DNA of 64,000 nucleotides from an uncultured Candidatus Cloacimonadota bacterium (GTDB taxonomy: Bacteria; Cloacimonadota; Cloacimonadia; Cloacimonadales; Cloacimonadaceae). Every line of letters starts with the position of its first letter. The first letter of the stretch is position 1. The stretch is taken from the NCBI GenBank assembly GCA_964454815.1, contig CAYVXJ010000009.1, positions 29,775-93,774 on the forward strand, given 5' to 3'. The notes beneath the pieces were generated by a model that saw only the letters and a program-made list of their open reading frames with translations, did not search any database and had not been told where the DNA came from. Below are positions 37,268 through 45,912 of this stretch, in pieces. Both the position numbers and the translations under genes were made by a program.

Positions 37268-37511
37268 ACTTCACCTCGCGGGAAAGCTATATTTGGGATG
37301 CCCCCATTCTGTCAATCCAATTATCATCGCTCATTGTGATAAGAAAATCACGAATAAAGTGTTTTTCAACGAATTATGGATTATTATTTGCTACTGATAT
37401 ATGTTGATTTGACGAATGCCTACTCCCGGGTGACCGGGAGTGGGAAAAAGCAGTATATTTTGCTTGACACAATGACGCGCATCCAATAAGTATGCGCGTA
37501 TGAGGATTCAA

Positions 37512-38228
37512 ATGAGAAAGTTATGGTTTTTGATCGTAATGCTCGTGTGCTTCGGCACTACGGCTTGGGCTTTATCCATTTACGATATCCAACACAGTAA
37601 CACCCCCGGTGTTGATAATACCTACCCCTCAGCCTATCTCGGCAAGACCGTCACTATCGACGGCATAGTCACTGCCACAGGCTTCTCCATGGGTGGATAT
37701 TTCATCAGCGAATCAGCCGGAGGACCCTGGCGGGGAATTCTCGTTTTGGACAGAAAAAACTCTCCCAGACCCGGAGATTATCTGCGTCTCACAGCCACTG
37801 TATCCGAGACCTACGGCATGACCTGCCTGGAAAATGTCACCGGCATTCGCGTTTTGGACACGAACCGCCAAGTCCCCCAACCCCTTTTCGTCACTTCCGG
37901 TCAAATAACCGGCACCCGTGACGCTGAAGCCTATGAGGGAGTTCCGGTCAAGCTGCAGAACGTATCTTGCGCCTCCGTCAAAGGCGGTAAAGGCAAGTTC
38001 GCAGTGACGGACGGAACGGGACAGTGCAGTGTCAACCTGGGCAATTTCTCCACGCAGATAAACATGAATCCCGCCGTTGGTTCGCAGTTCAGCGCTATCA
38101 GTGGGATCGTGGTCTTTGCCTTCAGCGAATATTCCGTCAACCCCGTCAATGGCAGCGGGATCAGCGTTCAATCCCCGGTTTACAATCAAAACCGCAGTTG
38201 GGGAAAGATCAAGTCAATCTACAAATAA
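37512..38228 (+). CDS. Secreted protein with OB-fold-like module resembling the N-terminus of ExeM/NucH-type extracellular nucleases
   Basis: GAGGA SD 5 nt before ATG 37512. Signal peptide MRKLWFLIVMLVCFGTTAWA. IYDIQ...GKTVTIDGIVTA...GGYFISE...WRGILV...GDYLRL pattern. No nuclease domain is present. Confidence 0.4.
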   Translation: MRKLWFLIVMLVCFGTTAWALSIYDIQHSNTPGVDNTYPSAYLGKTVTIDGIVTATGFSMGGYFISESAGGPWRGILVLDRKNSPRPGDYLRLTATVSETYGMTCLENVTGIRVLDTNRQVPQPLFVTSGQITGTRDAEAYEGVPVKLQNVSCASVKGGKGKFAVTDGTGQCSVNLGNFSTQINMNPAVGSQFSAISGIVVFAFSEYSVNPVNGSGISVQSPVYNQNRSWGKIKSIYK

Positions 38229-38248
38229 TCCTATAAGAGGTAAAGGGT

Positions 38249-38623
38249 ATGAATAAGTTCGTCAAATCACTCTTAGTTCTGGGTGGCACAGCTCTCGCCG
38301 CACACTTTGGCATGAAAACCTACAAAAAGATCAACGGCACCATCCGGCTTTCCAAATCGCTCCCTGAGTTCTTGAACAACGTCTATGGCGAAATGCCCAA
38401 GGTCGATATCACTCGCGGACTTAGCCTTATGAGCGTCAAAGTCCTGTTTAGCCAGGAACTCCTCGATAAGCACAACGATATCGAGACGACCGTGCGTGAA
38501 TACATTGACGACTTCTATCCCGATCTCGGCAAGAGCAGCGTGCAGATCACCATTGCCGCACAAGGTTCCGAAGCCGATACAGATACATGCTGCGAAGGCG
38601 AGGAAGAACCGGAAGAAGCGTAA
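38249..38623 (+). CDS. Small membrane-anchored hypothetical protein with an acidic Cys-containing tail
   Basis: GAGGT RBS. N-terminal TM helix LLVLGGTALAAHF. C-terminus ...DTDTCCEGEEEPEEA. A terminator follows. Confidence 0.5.
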   Translation: MNKFVKSLLVLGGTALAAHFGMKTYKKINGTIRLSKSLPEFLNNVYGEMPKVDITRGLSLMSVKVLFSQELLDKHNDIETTVREYIDDFYPDLGKSSVQITIAAQGSEADTDTCCEGEEEPEEA

Positions 38624-38645
38624 ATATCCTTCCACAAAGATTATC

Positions 38646-38677
38646 AAGCGGTTGCAGTTGCAACCGCTTTTTCTTTT
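38646..38677 (+). terminator. Rho-independent terminator
   Basis: AAGCGGTTGC-AGTT-GCAACCGCTT, a 10-bp stem followed by TTTTCTTTT. Confidence 0.85.
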
Positions 38678-38781
38678 GCCTGCTCTGCGTGATAATATCT
38701 GCTGCTGGACTGTGACTACCTTTCCCATCCCACGTTTTCTGCGAAACTGCAATTCAAAACCTGACCATTCCTCTCTTGCCT

Positions 38782-38995
38782 CTTTAAGCATCACCTAAGA
38801 AAACCCGCGTCATGCCCGTGTGACTCCCGTGTGATTCCCGCGTGCTCACGCGGGAGTCACGCGGGGATCACGCGGGGATCACGCGGGAATCTCTTGATAA
38901 TGGTCTGATATCTCACTGACATTTCTCAGGTATTTCCCTTATCTCGATGAGGGGGTCATGAGAGAGTCATCTGGGAATCATCTGAGAAAGAAGAG
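38782..38995 (+). repeat. Composite intergenic element, copy 3 (canonical orientation on plus strand; best preserved)
   Basis: TTTAAGCATCACCTAAG box. Dyad 38804-38887 (about 41 paired positions). AATCTCTTGATAATGGTCTGA linker. Three-unit array GTCATGAGAGA / GTCATCTGGGA / ATCATCTGAGA at 11-nt spacing. Confidence 0.9.
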
Positions 38996-39044
38996 GGGGA
39001 TCAGGGCAGATCTGGACAGGGTGGAACTCTCACCCATAAAGCAA

Positions 39045-39068
39045 GCAGGATGCCGGAAGGCATCCTGC
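39045..39068 (-). terminator. Terminator hairpin for the minus-strand gene ending at 39096
   Basis: GCAGGATGCC-GGAA-GGCATCCTGC, a 10-bp stem. On the minus strand it is followed by TTGCTTTAT. Confidence 0.55.
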
Positions 39069-39095
39069 GATGAGTATTCTTTGGAGTATCGAAGG

Positions 39096-40532
39096 TCATT
39101 CACGGACAGCGATCACGCGGTAGAAGCCATAAGCCTCGGTCAAAGGAATGGAATAGTTTGGTGAAGTCGTGATCCCGATCTGCGTGGGGGACGCAAAGTC
39201 CGGGGTTGGTGACGCCTCGATACGGTAGTATGAAGGGGTGACCGGGTTACCAAGCTCGGTCAGCGTCACAGGTTCCCAGCTCAGATCGATGCTTTCTGCG
39301 CCGGGAACTGCAATAACTTCTTCCGGTGATCGTATCCCCAGGATCCGTTCAAAAGACGTCCAGCTTGAGTAGCCAAAGACATCACTATTATCGGTCGCTT
39401 CTATGCGGAACTGATCATCTACGCGTTCGCCCAGAACCGCCGAGAGGTTTACGCTGCGATACTGCACCGGTTGAGAGTAATTCACGGCTTGAGTGTAAAG
39501 CGGGATGACGCTATTATCATTGAGCAGTCTGACGCGGATCTCGCGGGGGAAATTCGCCTCCGGATCGAAGTATTCGGCGGAAAAATAGATGTCTCCCCCA
39601 TCTGCATGGTACACGGGTTGGGAGAGCTGGGGCTGAGTATTGGGGCTGGGATCGAAGTAGAGCGGGACAGGATACAGGGTGACCCCGGGGCTCTTGTCCA
39701 TTTGCACAGTTTCAAACGGAACGATCGTCGTGCGGTTGATCAGGGATTGCATCCCCATTACCGGGTTTTGGGGATCATACCACGAAGCGAACTCCGGCTG
39801 AGCCAATAGATCGGCAATGTTGCAGCTCATGATGAGCAAGTTGCTGGCTGTCACGACTTGATACTCGATATCGCCGATTCGGGTCGCAGTCGTTCCCTGA
39901 AGTTTGTAGAGCCCCGGGGTCAAGCCTCCCAAAGATACGTTCCAATAGACCATTCCCCAAGCAATGGCATTGGGGTCGGACGGGTTGTCCGCAGGATTTG
40001 CAAAGGCTACCATGTAGGAATTGATCTGAGTGCCAAAGGCTGCGGTAAAGGGAAATCCACCACCGCGATTGCGGATCGCTCCGTAGATCTTGGTGCCTGA
40101 AATACTGAGATAATCGGTGAGGATATCGCGGTAGTTCGTGCTCTGGTCGTTGGAAACGTCGTCAGACGCTTTGGTCATCTGGGACTGGGTCGGAAGACCT
40201 GTTCCCCCGTAATAGACCGGAACGAGCTTGCGGATAGAGCTCCCTGAGATCGCGCTGAGCCCGAGATACTTCCGCGTCGTGCCCGAGGGAACGATCGTCT
40301 GATAGGTTGCAGTCGAAGCATCCAGTAGTGACGGGCTGAGGGAGGTGACCCCGGTTCCGGGATCATGCAGGATCAGATTTTCGGACAAGGGGGATAGACC
40401 CAGTTCAAAGCGGGTCAGGACATCTCCGGCGCTGCTGCGTCCGCTAAAGCGGATGTCCTGCCAGTCACCGATGCTGATCGCACTCAAACAAGCTGATATT
40501 ATTAACAATATAGTGATTATGATATGTTTCAT
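39096..40532 (-). CDS. Secreted hypothetical protein with a C-terminal FN3-like domain
   Basis: AGGAG RBS before ATG 40532. Signal peptide MKHIIITILLIISACLSA. C-terminal ...IDLSWEPV...YYRIEA...YRVIAVRE is FN3-like. No T9SS CTD motif. Confidence 0.6.
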   Translation of the reverse strand: MKHIIITILLIISACLSAISIGDWQDIRFSGRSSAGDVLTRFELGLSPLSENLILHDPGTGVTSLSPSLLDASTATYQTIVPSGTTRKYLGLSAISGSSIRKLVPVYYGGTGLPTQSQMTKASDDVSNDQSTNYRDILTDYLSISGTKIYGAIRNRGGGFPFTAAFGTQINSYMVAFANPADNPSDPNAIAWGMVYWNVSLGGLTPGLYKLQGTTATRIGDIEYQVVTASNLLIMSCNIADLLAQPEFASWYDPQNPVMGMQSLINRTTIVPFETVQMDKSPGVTLYPVPLYFDPSPNTQPQLSQPVYHADGGDIYFSAEYFDPEANFPREIRVRLLNDNSVIPLYTQAVNYSQPVQYRSVNLSAVLGERVDDQFRIEATDNSDVFGYSSWTSFERILGIRSPEEVIAVPGAESIDLSWEPVTLTELGNPVTPSYYRIEASPTPDFASPTQIGITTSPNYSIPLTEAYGFYRVIAVRE

Positions 40533-40790
40533 AAGCTTACTCCTTACACTTCTGATATTATAGCCTGTGATGAAAGCCATGCAAGGTTCATATTGAGGTA
40601 TTCAGGCTCCGACGCATTCCGTGGAAAAGCTTCGACATCACTTTGAGCTTAGATCTTGGGTTCGGGAAAGCCTCCCTATAGGCAATAGCTCCTGCCTTTT
40701 CCGAGGATATTTATCGCAAAGGAGGGGATCCGAGCACTTTTTCTTGACAAGAATAAAGCTATTATTCTGCTTACTTAAGGAGTAAATTGT

Positions 40791-41981
40791 ATGATCGAAG
40801 TATTGAATGAAAAATGCGTCGGATGTGGAGCATGTGTCAGGGCTTGTGCTTATGACGCCATATCTATTGTAGATAAACTGGCTGTGATCGATATTGACAA
40901 ATGCACTCTCTGTGGAGCTTGCGTGCAGGCTTGTCCCTTTGATGCGATCCTGATCCGCAAGAAAGCGGTCGCTGAGTTGGATAAGACTCAGTACTCAGGC
41001 ATCTGGGTATTTGCCGAGCAAAATCACGGGGTGATAGCTCCGGTCGTCTATGAACTTCTGGGCAAGGGACGCGAACTTGCAGACCAGATGGGTGATGAAC
41101 TCACCGCTGTCCTGCTGGGTAGCTCGCTCGAAGGAATGGCAAGTCTCTTGATCGCGCATGGCGCAGACCAGGTTATCGAAGTCGATGATCCGGCTTTGGC
41201 GCATTTTCGCGATGAGTATTACGCCTTGGCGATGTCCGAACTTTCCAATAAGTATAAGCCGTCGATCATCCTTGCCGGCGCGACTGTCACCGGACGTTCG
41301 TTTATCCCGCGTGTTGCAGTGAACTTACACACCGGGCTGACAGCCGATTGCACGGGGCTTGAGATCGATCCTGAATCCGGAAACCTGATCCAGACGCGTC
41401 CTGCTTTCGGTGGGAACATCATGGCAAAGATCATCACTGCCAATCACAGACCGCAGATGGCAACAGTTCGGCACAAGGTCATGGATCCGCTGCTTCCCGA
41501 TGATACGCGGAGCGGGATCGTCATACAGGAGACTGTTAATTTTGACCTCATCGAGGAAAAGACGAAATGGCTGGGCTTTGAAAAAGAGAAGTCGAACCTC
41601 GTCAATATCACCGAAGCGAACATAATCGTCAGTGGTGGACGCGGGATCAAGGATGGCAAGAACTTTGCGATGATCGAGGAGCTTGCGACAGCGCTTGATG
41701 GCGCGGTTGGCGCTTCCCGTGCCGCGGTCGATGCTGAATGGATCCCCTATTCGCATCAGGTCGGTCAGACCGGTAAGACCGTCAAACCGAATATCTATAT
41801 TTCCGTCGGGATCAGCGGTGCGATCCAGCATCTTGCCGGGATGTCCAGCGCTGATTATATCGTCGCGATAAACAAAGATCCGGATGCTCCGATCTTCAAG
41901 GTTGCAGATCTCGGTGTCGTCGGAGACCTTTTTGAAGTACTACCCCTACTAATCAAAAGGATAAAAGAAATCAGAAAATGA
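40791..41981 (+). CDS. etfA: Electron transfer flavoprotein alpha subunit with an N-terminal 2x[4Fe-4S] ferredoxin domain
   Basis: CVGCGACVRAC and CTLCGACVQACP cluster motifs. This is followed by EtfA domains, with C-terminal FAD-binding motifs (VSGGRG, SRAAVDAGW-type, GISGAIQHLAG). Confidence 0.8.
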   Translation: MIEVLNEKCVGCGACVRACAYDAISIVDKLAVIDIDKCTLCGACVQACPFDAILIRKKAVAELDKTQYSGIWVFAEQNHGVIAPVVYELLGKGRELADQMGDELTAVLLGSSLEGMASLLIAHGADQVIEVDDPALAHFRDEYYALAMSELSNKYKPSIILAGATVTGRSFIPRVAVNLHTGLTADCTGLEIDPESGNLIQTRPAFGGNIMAKIITANHRPQMATVRHKVMDPLLPDDTRSGIVIQETVNFDLIEEKTKWLGFEKEKSNLVNITEANIIVSGGRGIKDGKNFAMIEELATALDGAVGASRAAVDAEWIPYSHQVGQTGKTVKPNIYISVGISGAIQHLAGMSSADYIVAINKDPDAPIFKVADLGVVGDLFEVLPLLIKRIKEIRK

Positions 41982-43189
41982 TTATCAGACCTTCGATCAG
42001 TGTCATTAGTTCTGATCGGGTGGAATCAGGGATTGATTTGCATGTGGACGCTCAGATGCAGACAACTGCGCCTGAGCGTCTTGACATTCCAAATGCCATA
42101 GCCTATGTACCTTTGATCAATTCTCATGATCATCTGATCGGCAATTGGTTCCCGCGTGCCGGGGATAAGCGTCCCTATCACAATTCGCATATTTGGGTCG
42201 AGGACATGAAGAGCTCCTTTTCATTCCACGAGCGCAATCACTTTTGGTTTAACGACGGTTCATTCAACCTCACTGTCCAGGCAGCTCTCGTTTTGGCTCA
42301 GCTTGGGTGTTACAAGAACCTCTTCTCCGGATGTTCCACCGTGCAAGACCACGGTCCGGTGCAAAAACCCCTCTATTATGACTCTATGCCGATCAATGTC
42401 CTGCGAGATTACCGCCAGTGCCATTCGATAACGCTGGAGAATTGGTGGGGAGGAGAATCCGCGGAAGAAGAGATGAACCTGACCGGCGGAAAGATCCCCT
42501 ACATCATTCATCTGGGAGAAGGCACAGACAGCATTACCAAAGCCGAGTTTTCCGAGCTCAAATCCAGAAACCTCCTACGCCGTAACTCCATGCTGATCCA
42601 CGGAATCGCCTTCACACCTGCGGAACTGAGCGAGATCGCACAAGCGAAAGCTTCGGTCTGCTGGTGTCCGACCTCAAACTTTTACCTGATAGGTGAGACG
42701 CTCAAGGTCGAGGAAGCACTGAGACTTGGCGTGAATGTCACTATCGGGACGGATTCGACGATGTCCGGAGCTGTCAATCTGCTGTTTGAGTTTATCCTTG
42801 CACATGAGAAGTTCCCCTCTATCCCGCTCTCCACTCTTTACAAAATGGCAACGGAGAATGCAGCTTATGCGCTGATGCTCCCGGACAGCTATGCCAAGCT
42901 CGATCCCGAGCGTACCGGAGATCTGCTTTTGATGGATGCCGTCGAGAAAGACCCCTTCGGAAACCTCTTGGTTTGCGATCCCGGAAACATCAGGCTCCTG
43001 ATGCACAAGGGAATCCCGCTCTATGGTGATTCGGAATGGATGGAGCGCTTCGACTTGGGAGATCGGGAATATAGCCTCTTCCGCACAGGAAACAAAGAGA
43101 AATTCGTCATAGGAGACCCTATTGATCTAAACGACCAGATAGACCTCGTCTTGGGTTATCACAAAGACTTTCCCTATTTACCATTCTAA
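41978..43189 (+). CDS. Amidohydrolase-superfamily metal-dependent hydrolase (chlorohydrolase/deaminase-like)
   Basis: HxH motif (NSHDHL), later His residues (IIHLGEG, MLIHGI) and GTDS Asp. ATGA overlap with etfA. Confidence 0.6.
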   Translation: MIIRPSISVISSDRVESGIDLHVDAQMQTTAPERLDIPNAIAYVPLINSHDHLIGNWFPRAGDKRPYHNSHIWVEDMKSSFSFHERNHFWFNDGSFNLTVQAALVLAQLGCYKNLFSGCSTVQDHGPVQKPLYYDSMPINVLRDYRQCHSITLENWWGGESAEEEMNLTGGKIPYIIHLGEGTDSITKAEFSELKSRNLLRRNSMLIHGIAFTPAELSEIAQAKASVCWCPTSNFYLIGETLKVEEALRLGVNVTIGTDSTMSGAVNLLFEFILAHEKFPSIPLSTLYKMATENAAYALMLPDSYAKLDPERTGDLLLMDAVEKDPFGNLLVCDPGNIRLLMHKGIPLYGDSEWMERFDLGDREYSLFRTGNKEKFVIGDPIDLNDQIDLVLGYHKDFPYLPF

Positions 43190-43206
43190 ACTATAAAGAG
43201 AGATCA

Positions 43207-43824
43207 ATGACAGACCCTTTTGAGACCATGTATTCCGCGCACAAGCCGGAAGAATTGGAGATTTGGCAGAATTCTACGGTCGGGATCGCAGGAGCCGGTG
43301 GGCTTGGCTCCAACATCGCCATCGCATTGACCAGAGCCGGGATAGGCAAGATCATCGTCGCGGATTTCGACGTTGTCAATCCCAGTAATCTGAACAGGCA
43401 GCAGTATTACAGTGACCAGATCGGAATGCTCAAAGTACTGGCTCTGCAGATCAATATTGCCAGGATCGGGGCAAATACCGAACTGGTCATCCACCCGATC
43501 AGGATAGTTCCGGAGAACGTTTCAGTCGTTTTTCGCGAAGCTCAGATCATGATCGAAGCATTCGATTCCGCAGAACAGAAGCAGATGCTGCTTGAAACCT
43601 GGATCAAAACCAATCCGGACAAGCCGTATATCGGAGCATCGGGACTTGCCGGTATCGGAGGAAATGAACTCATCACGACGGAGTCCTTTGGCAATGTGCA
43701 CATTATCGGAGACGGTAGCTCGGAGCTTTGTCCTCCCTTTAGCCCTCTGGCTCCGCGAGTCGCAGTCGTTGCCAATATGCAGGCAAACTTGTGTCTCGAA
43801 CTTCTCTTGAAAAGGAACCTATGA
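43207..43824 (+). CDS. thiF: ThiF-family (short form) sulfur-carrier adenylyltransferase
   Basis: Rossmann motif GIAGAGGLGSNIAIALTRAGIGKIIVADFDVV, then SNLNRQ. The about 205-aa size matches short ThiF family-2 proteins. Confidence 0.75.
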   Translation: MTDPFETMYSAHKPEELEIWQNSTVGIAGAGGLGSNIAIALTRAGIGKIIVADFDVVNPSNLNRQQYYSDQIGMLKVLALQINIARIGANTELVIHPIRIVPENVSVVFREAQIMIEAFDSAEQKQMLLETWIKTNPDKPYIGASGLAGIGGNELITTESFGNVHIIGDGSSELCPPFSPLAPRVAVVANMQANLCLELLLKRNL

Positions 43825-44024
43825 AAACGATAAACGTCAATGGACATACGATAGATTGGCAGGAAGGGATGGTCATCCAGGACGTGCTCCGGATCATGAA
43901 CTATACCTTCAAGATGTTGGTGATCAAGATAGACGGGAAGCTCGTTCCCAAAGATGCGTATGGATCAACCCTCGTTCCGGAGGGTGCGACCGTCCACGTT
44001 ATACATCTGATCAGCGGAGGATGA
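43821..44024 (+). CDS. thiS: ThiS/MoaD-type sulfur carrier protein (C-terminal GG)
   Basis: 67 aa, MKTINVNG...IDGKLVP...VHVIHLISGG. ATGA overlap with the thiF stop. Confidence 0.8.
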   Translation: MKTINVNGHTIDWQEGMVIQDVLRIMNYTFKMLVIKIDGKLVPKDAYGSTLVPEGATVHVIHLISGG

Positions 44025-44025
44025 T

Positions 44026-44661
44026 CTATTTCAGATCAATGATCTTGTGCAGCTGAAGATGCAGGCGCACCTTCAGACCGTCTGCGAGGATCCTCTCTGC
44101 GAGGATACTTGCCGGATATAGGGTCGTCACGGGGGAAAAATGGATATTAGTGGTATTGGGCTTGTGCTCTTCCAGGAAGCGCTTGGCATAGTCGTAGTCA
44201 AAAGGTGATGCGATCACGAATTTCAATTCGTCCTTGGGAGTCAGGAACTTCAGATTCCATTTCATAAAGCTGTCTGCTTCTCCACTGCCCGGTGTCTTGA
44301 CGTCCACGATCTTGACTACATAATCGGGAACATCTCCCAGATACAGCGAACCGTTCGTTTCCAGCAGTATCCGATAATCCGCTTTATGCAGAGCAGAGAA
44401 GAGATCGTCTATCTCTTCATCCTGATACATAGGCTCACCCCCGGTTATCTCCACCAGATCACATGGATATTGGCTGATCTCGGTGAGTATCTCCTCAATG
44501 GGCATCATCTTTCCCGCTGAATGGGAATAGGTCGTGTCGCAATAGCTGCAGTTCAGGTTGCATCCGGCAAGGCGAATGAAAATACAAGGATAGCCCGCAT
44601 ATGAGGACTCGCCCTGTAGGGAATAGAAGATCTCGCATACTTCGATCAGCATCGCGGACAT
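44026..44661 (-). CDS. queE: 7-carboxy-7-deazaguanine synthase (radical SAM)
   Basis: EIFYSLQGES...FIRLAGCNLNCSYCDT N-terminus. 211 aa. Confidence 0.85.
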   Translation of the reverse strand: MSAMLIEVCEIFYSLQGESSYAGYPCIFIRLAGCNLNCSYCDTTYSHSAGKMMPIEEILTEISQYPCDLVEITGGEPMYQDEEIDDLFSALHKADYRILLETNGSLYLGDVPDYVVKIVDVKTPGSGEADSFMKWNLKFLTPKDELKFVIASPFDYDYAKRFLEEHKPNTTNIHFSPVTTLYPASILAERILADGLKVRLHLQLHKIIDLK

Positions 44662-44665
44662 GGTC

Positions 44666-45427
44666 TTATGATTTCCTTCGTGGATCGATGCGCAGCTCTA
44701 TCATCGCATCAGGATCAACGCCCTTTAGGTTGCTGACAAAACTCAGGATGTTGTCTTTGAGCAGCTTTTGAACGAAGGGGACGATCACTATTTCCTTGCC
44801 GTCCGCCATAAGAACCAGTTCTTTGGCGGAATCAGCGACGCAAGCATCCCGGGTGCTACGCTTCTGCACGATGTCTCCGGCAAGTTCGTAGCAGGTCTTT
44901 CCGCAAGCAGAACAGCACTCCGGATCGTTATCGGGCAAAGCCTTGAAGCTTTGTTCGATCACCAGATCGACAAATCTGCTGAGGTTCTTTTGCAGACAAA
45001 ATACCGGTAGAGACCTGTAGCTTTCAAGCTTGTCGGCTATAAGCCCAGAGATCCCGATAGTCGTGTCATCGATAAGCTCATCGAGCTGATCTGTAGTCTC
45101 GGCACAGACGATCTTGGGAACGGGTGCGCTCTTCAAACCTTCTATGATGAGGAAATCGCAATCGAAGTGAGGAAGCATATCGTGATAGCTCAGTGGCTTG
45201 GGAAAGATAAGAGCTCCATCACGTAGCCCTCTTGCCCAGACGATTGAGCTTCCCGCTTTGGCGTGTTTGTCCGAGTTTGTGCCTGCCTTGTCGGCAGAGA
45301 ACTTCTCGTCGTGTATATCCTTGATGCTGTTGATTCTGTAACCGCGGGCTACGAGCTCGGATATCAGAGCGCATGCAGCGGTGGTTTTTCCGGTATGGTG
45401 ATAGCCGATAATGCCGATGGCTTTCAT
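44666..45427 (-). CDS. mobB: MobB-like P-loop protein with a Cys-rich C-terminal extension
   Basis: The [13 protein letters not shown]-loop and N-terminal 160 aa resemble MobB. An extra roughly 85 aa contains CCSACGKTC. Confidence 0.6.
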   Translation of the reverse strand: MKAIGIIGYHHTGKTTAACALISELVARGYRINSIKDIHDEKFSADKAGTNSDKHAKAGSSIVWARGLRDGALIFPKPLSYHDMLPHFDCDFLIIEGLKSAPVPKIVCAETTDQLDELIDDTTIGISGLIADKLESYRSLPVFCLQKNLSRFVDLVIEQSFKALPDNDPECCSACGKTCYELAGDIVQKRSTRDACVADSAKELVLMADGKEIVIVPFVQKLLKDNILSFVSNLKGVDPDAMIELRIDPRRKS

Positions 45428-45909
45428 TCTGCGTTCCTCTTTGACAGGAGAACTATGGCGGATGCTGAGATGCCCTCTCCCCTGCCACTCACTCCAAGAC
45501 CTTCTTCCGTCGTAGCTTTGACGGAAATGTTCTCGATCTGCGTCTGAAGATCCTGAGCTATGTTCTCCCGCATTAGATCGATATAGGGAGCAAGCTTGGG
45601 CTTCTCTGCACAGATCGTCGTATCGGCATTGACGAGGGTATAACCGGCTTGATGCACAAGCTGAACGGTCTTACGCAGGAGGATCCGGCTGTCGATATCA
45701 TGATAGGCGTCATCGGTATCGGGAAAGTGCTTGCCGATGTCTCCCAAAGCCAGTGCCCCCAAAAGGGCATCCATCAGGGCATGGAGCAGGACGTCCGCAT
45801 CAGAATGACCCAGTAGTCCCTTCTCGTAGTCTATGTGTACGCCGCCAAGGACAAGGGCTCTTCCCTCGACCAGTCGATGCACGTCATATCCGGAACCGAT
45901 CCTGAACAT
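45424..45909 (-). CDS. ispF: 2-C-methyl-D-erythritol 2,4-cyclodiphosphate synthase
   Basis: [28 protein letters not shown] and [11 protein letters not shown] motifs. 161 aa. Confidence 0.95.
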   Translation of the reverse strand: MFRIGSGYDVHRLVEGRALVLGGVHIDYEKGLLGHSDADVLLHALMDALLGALALGDIGKHFPDTDDAYHDIDSRILLRKTVQLVHQAGYTLVNADTTICAEKPKLAPYIDLMRENIAQDLQTQIENISVKATTEEGLGVSGRGEGISASAIVLLSKRNAE

Positions 45910-45912
45910 AGC

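Noticed and set aside
37421-37442. Hairpin ACTCCCGG-TGA-CCGGGAGT in the uvrA / 37512 divergent intergenic region, considered as a terminator.
   Set aside because: There is no T-tract on either strand, and it lies between two divergently transcribed gene starts. It is more likely an operator-like palindrome or fortuitous.
43207-44024. ThiF/ThiS pair as a bacterial ubiquitin-like conjugation or antiphage (Bil or CBASS Cap2/Cap3-type) system.
   Set aside because: The ThiF is the short, roughly 205-aa adenylyltransferase-only form with no E2-like or rhodanese extension. There is no JAB/MPN peptidase or effector nearby. ThiS matches the classic sulfur-carrier pattern.
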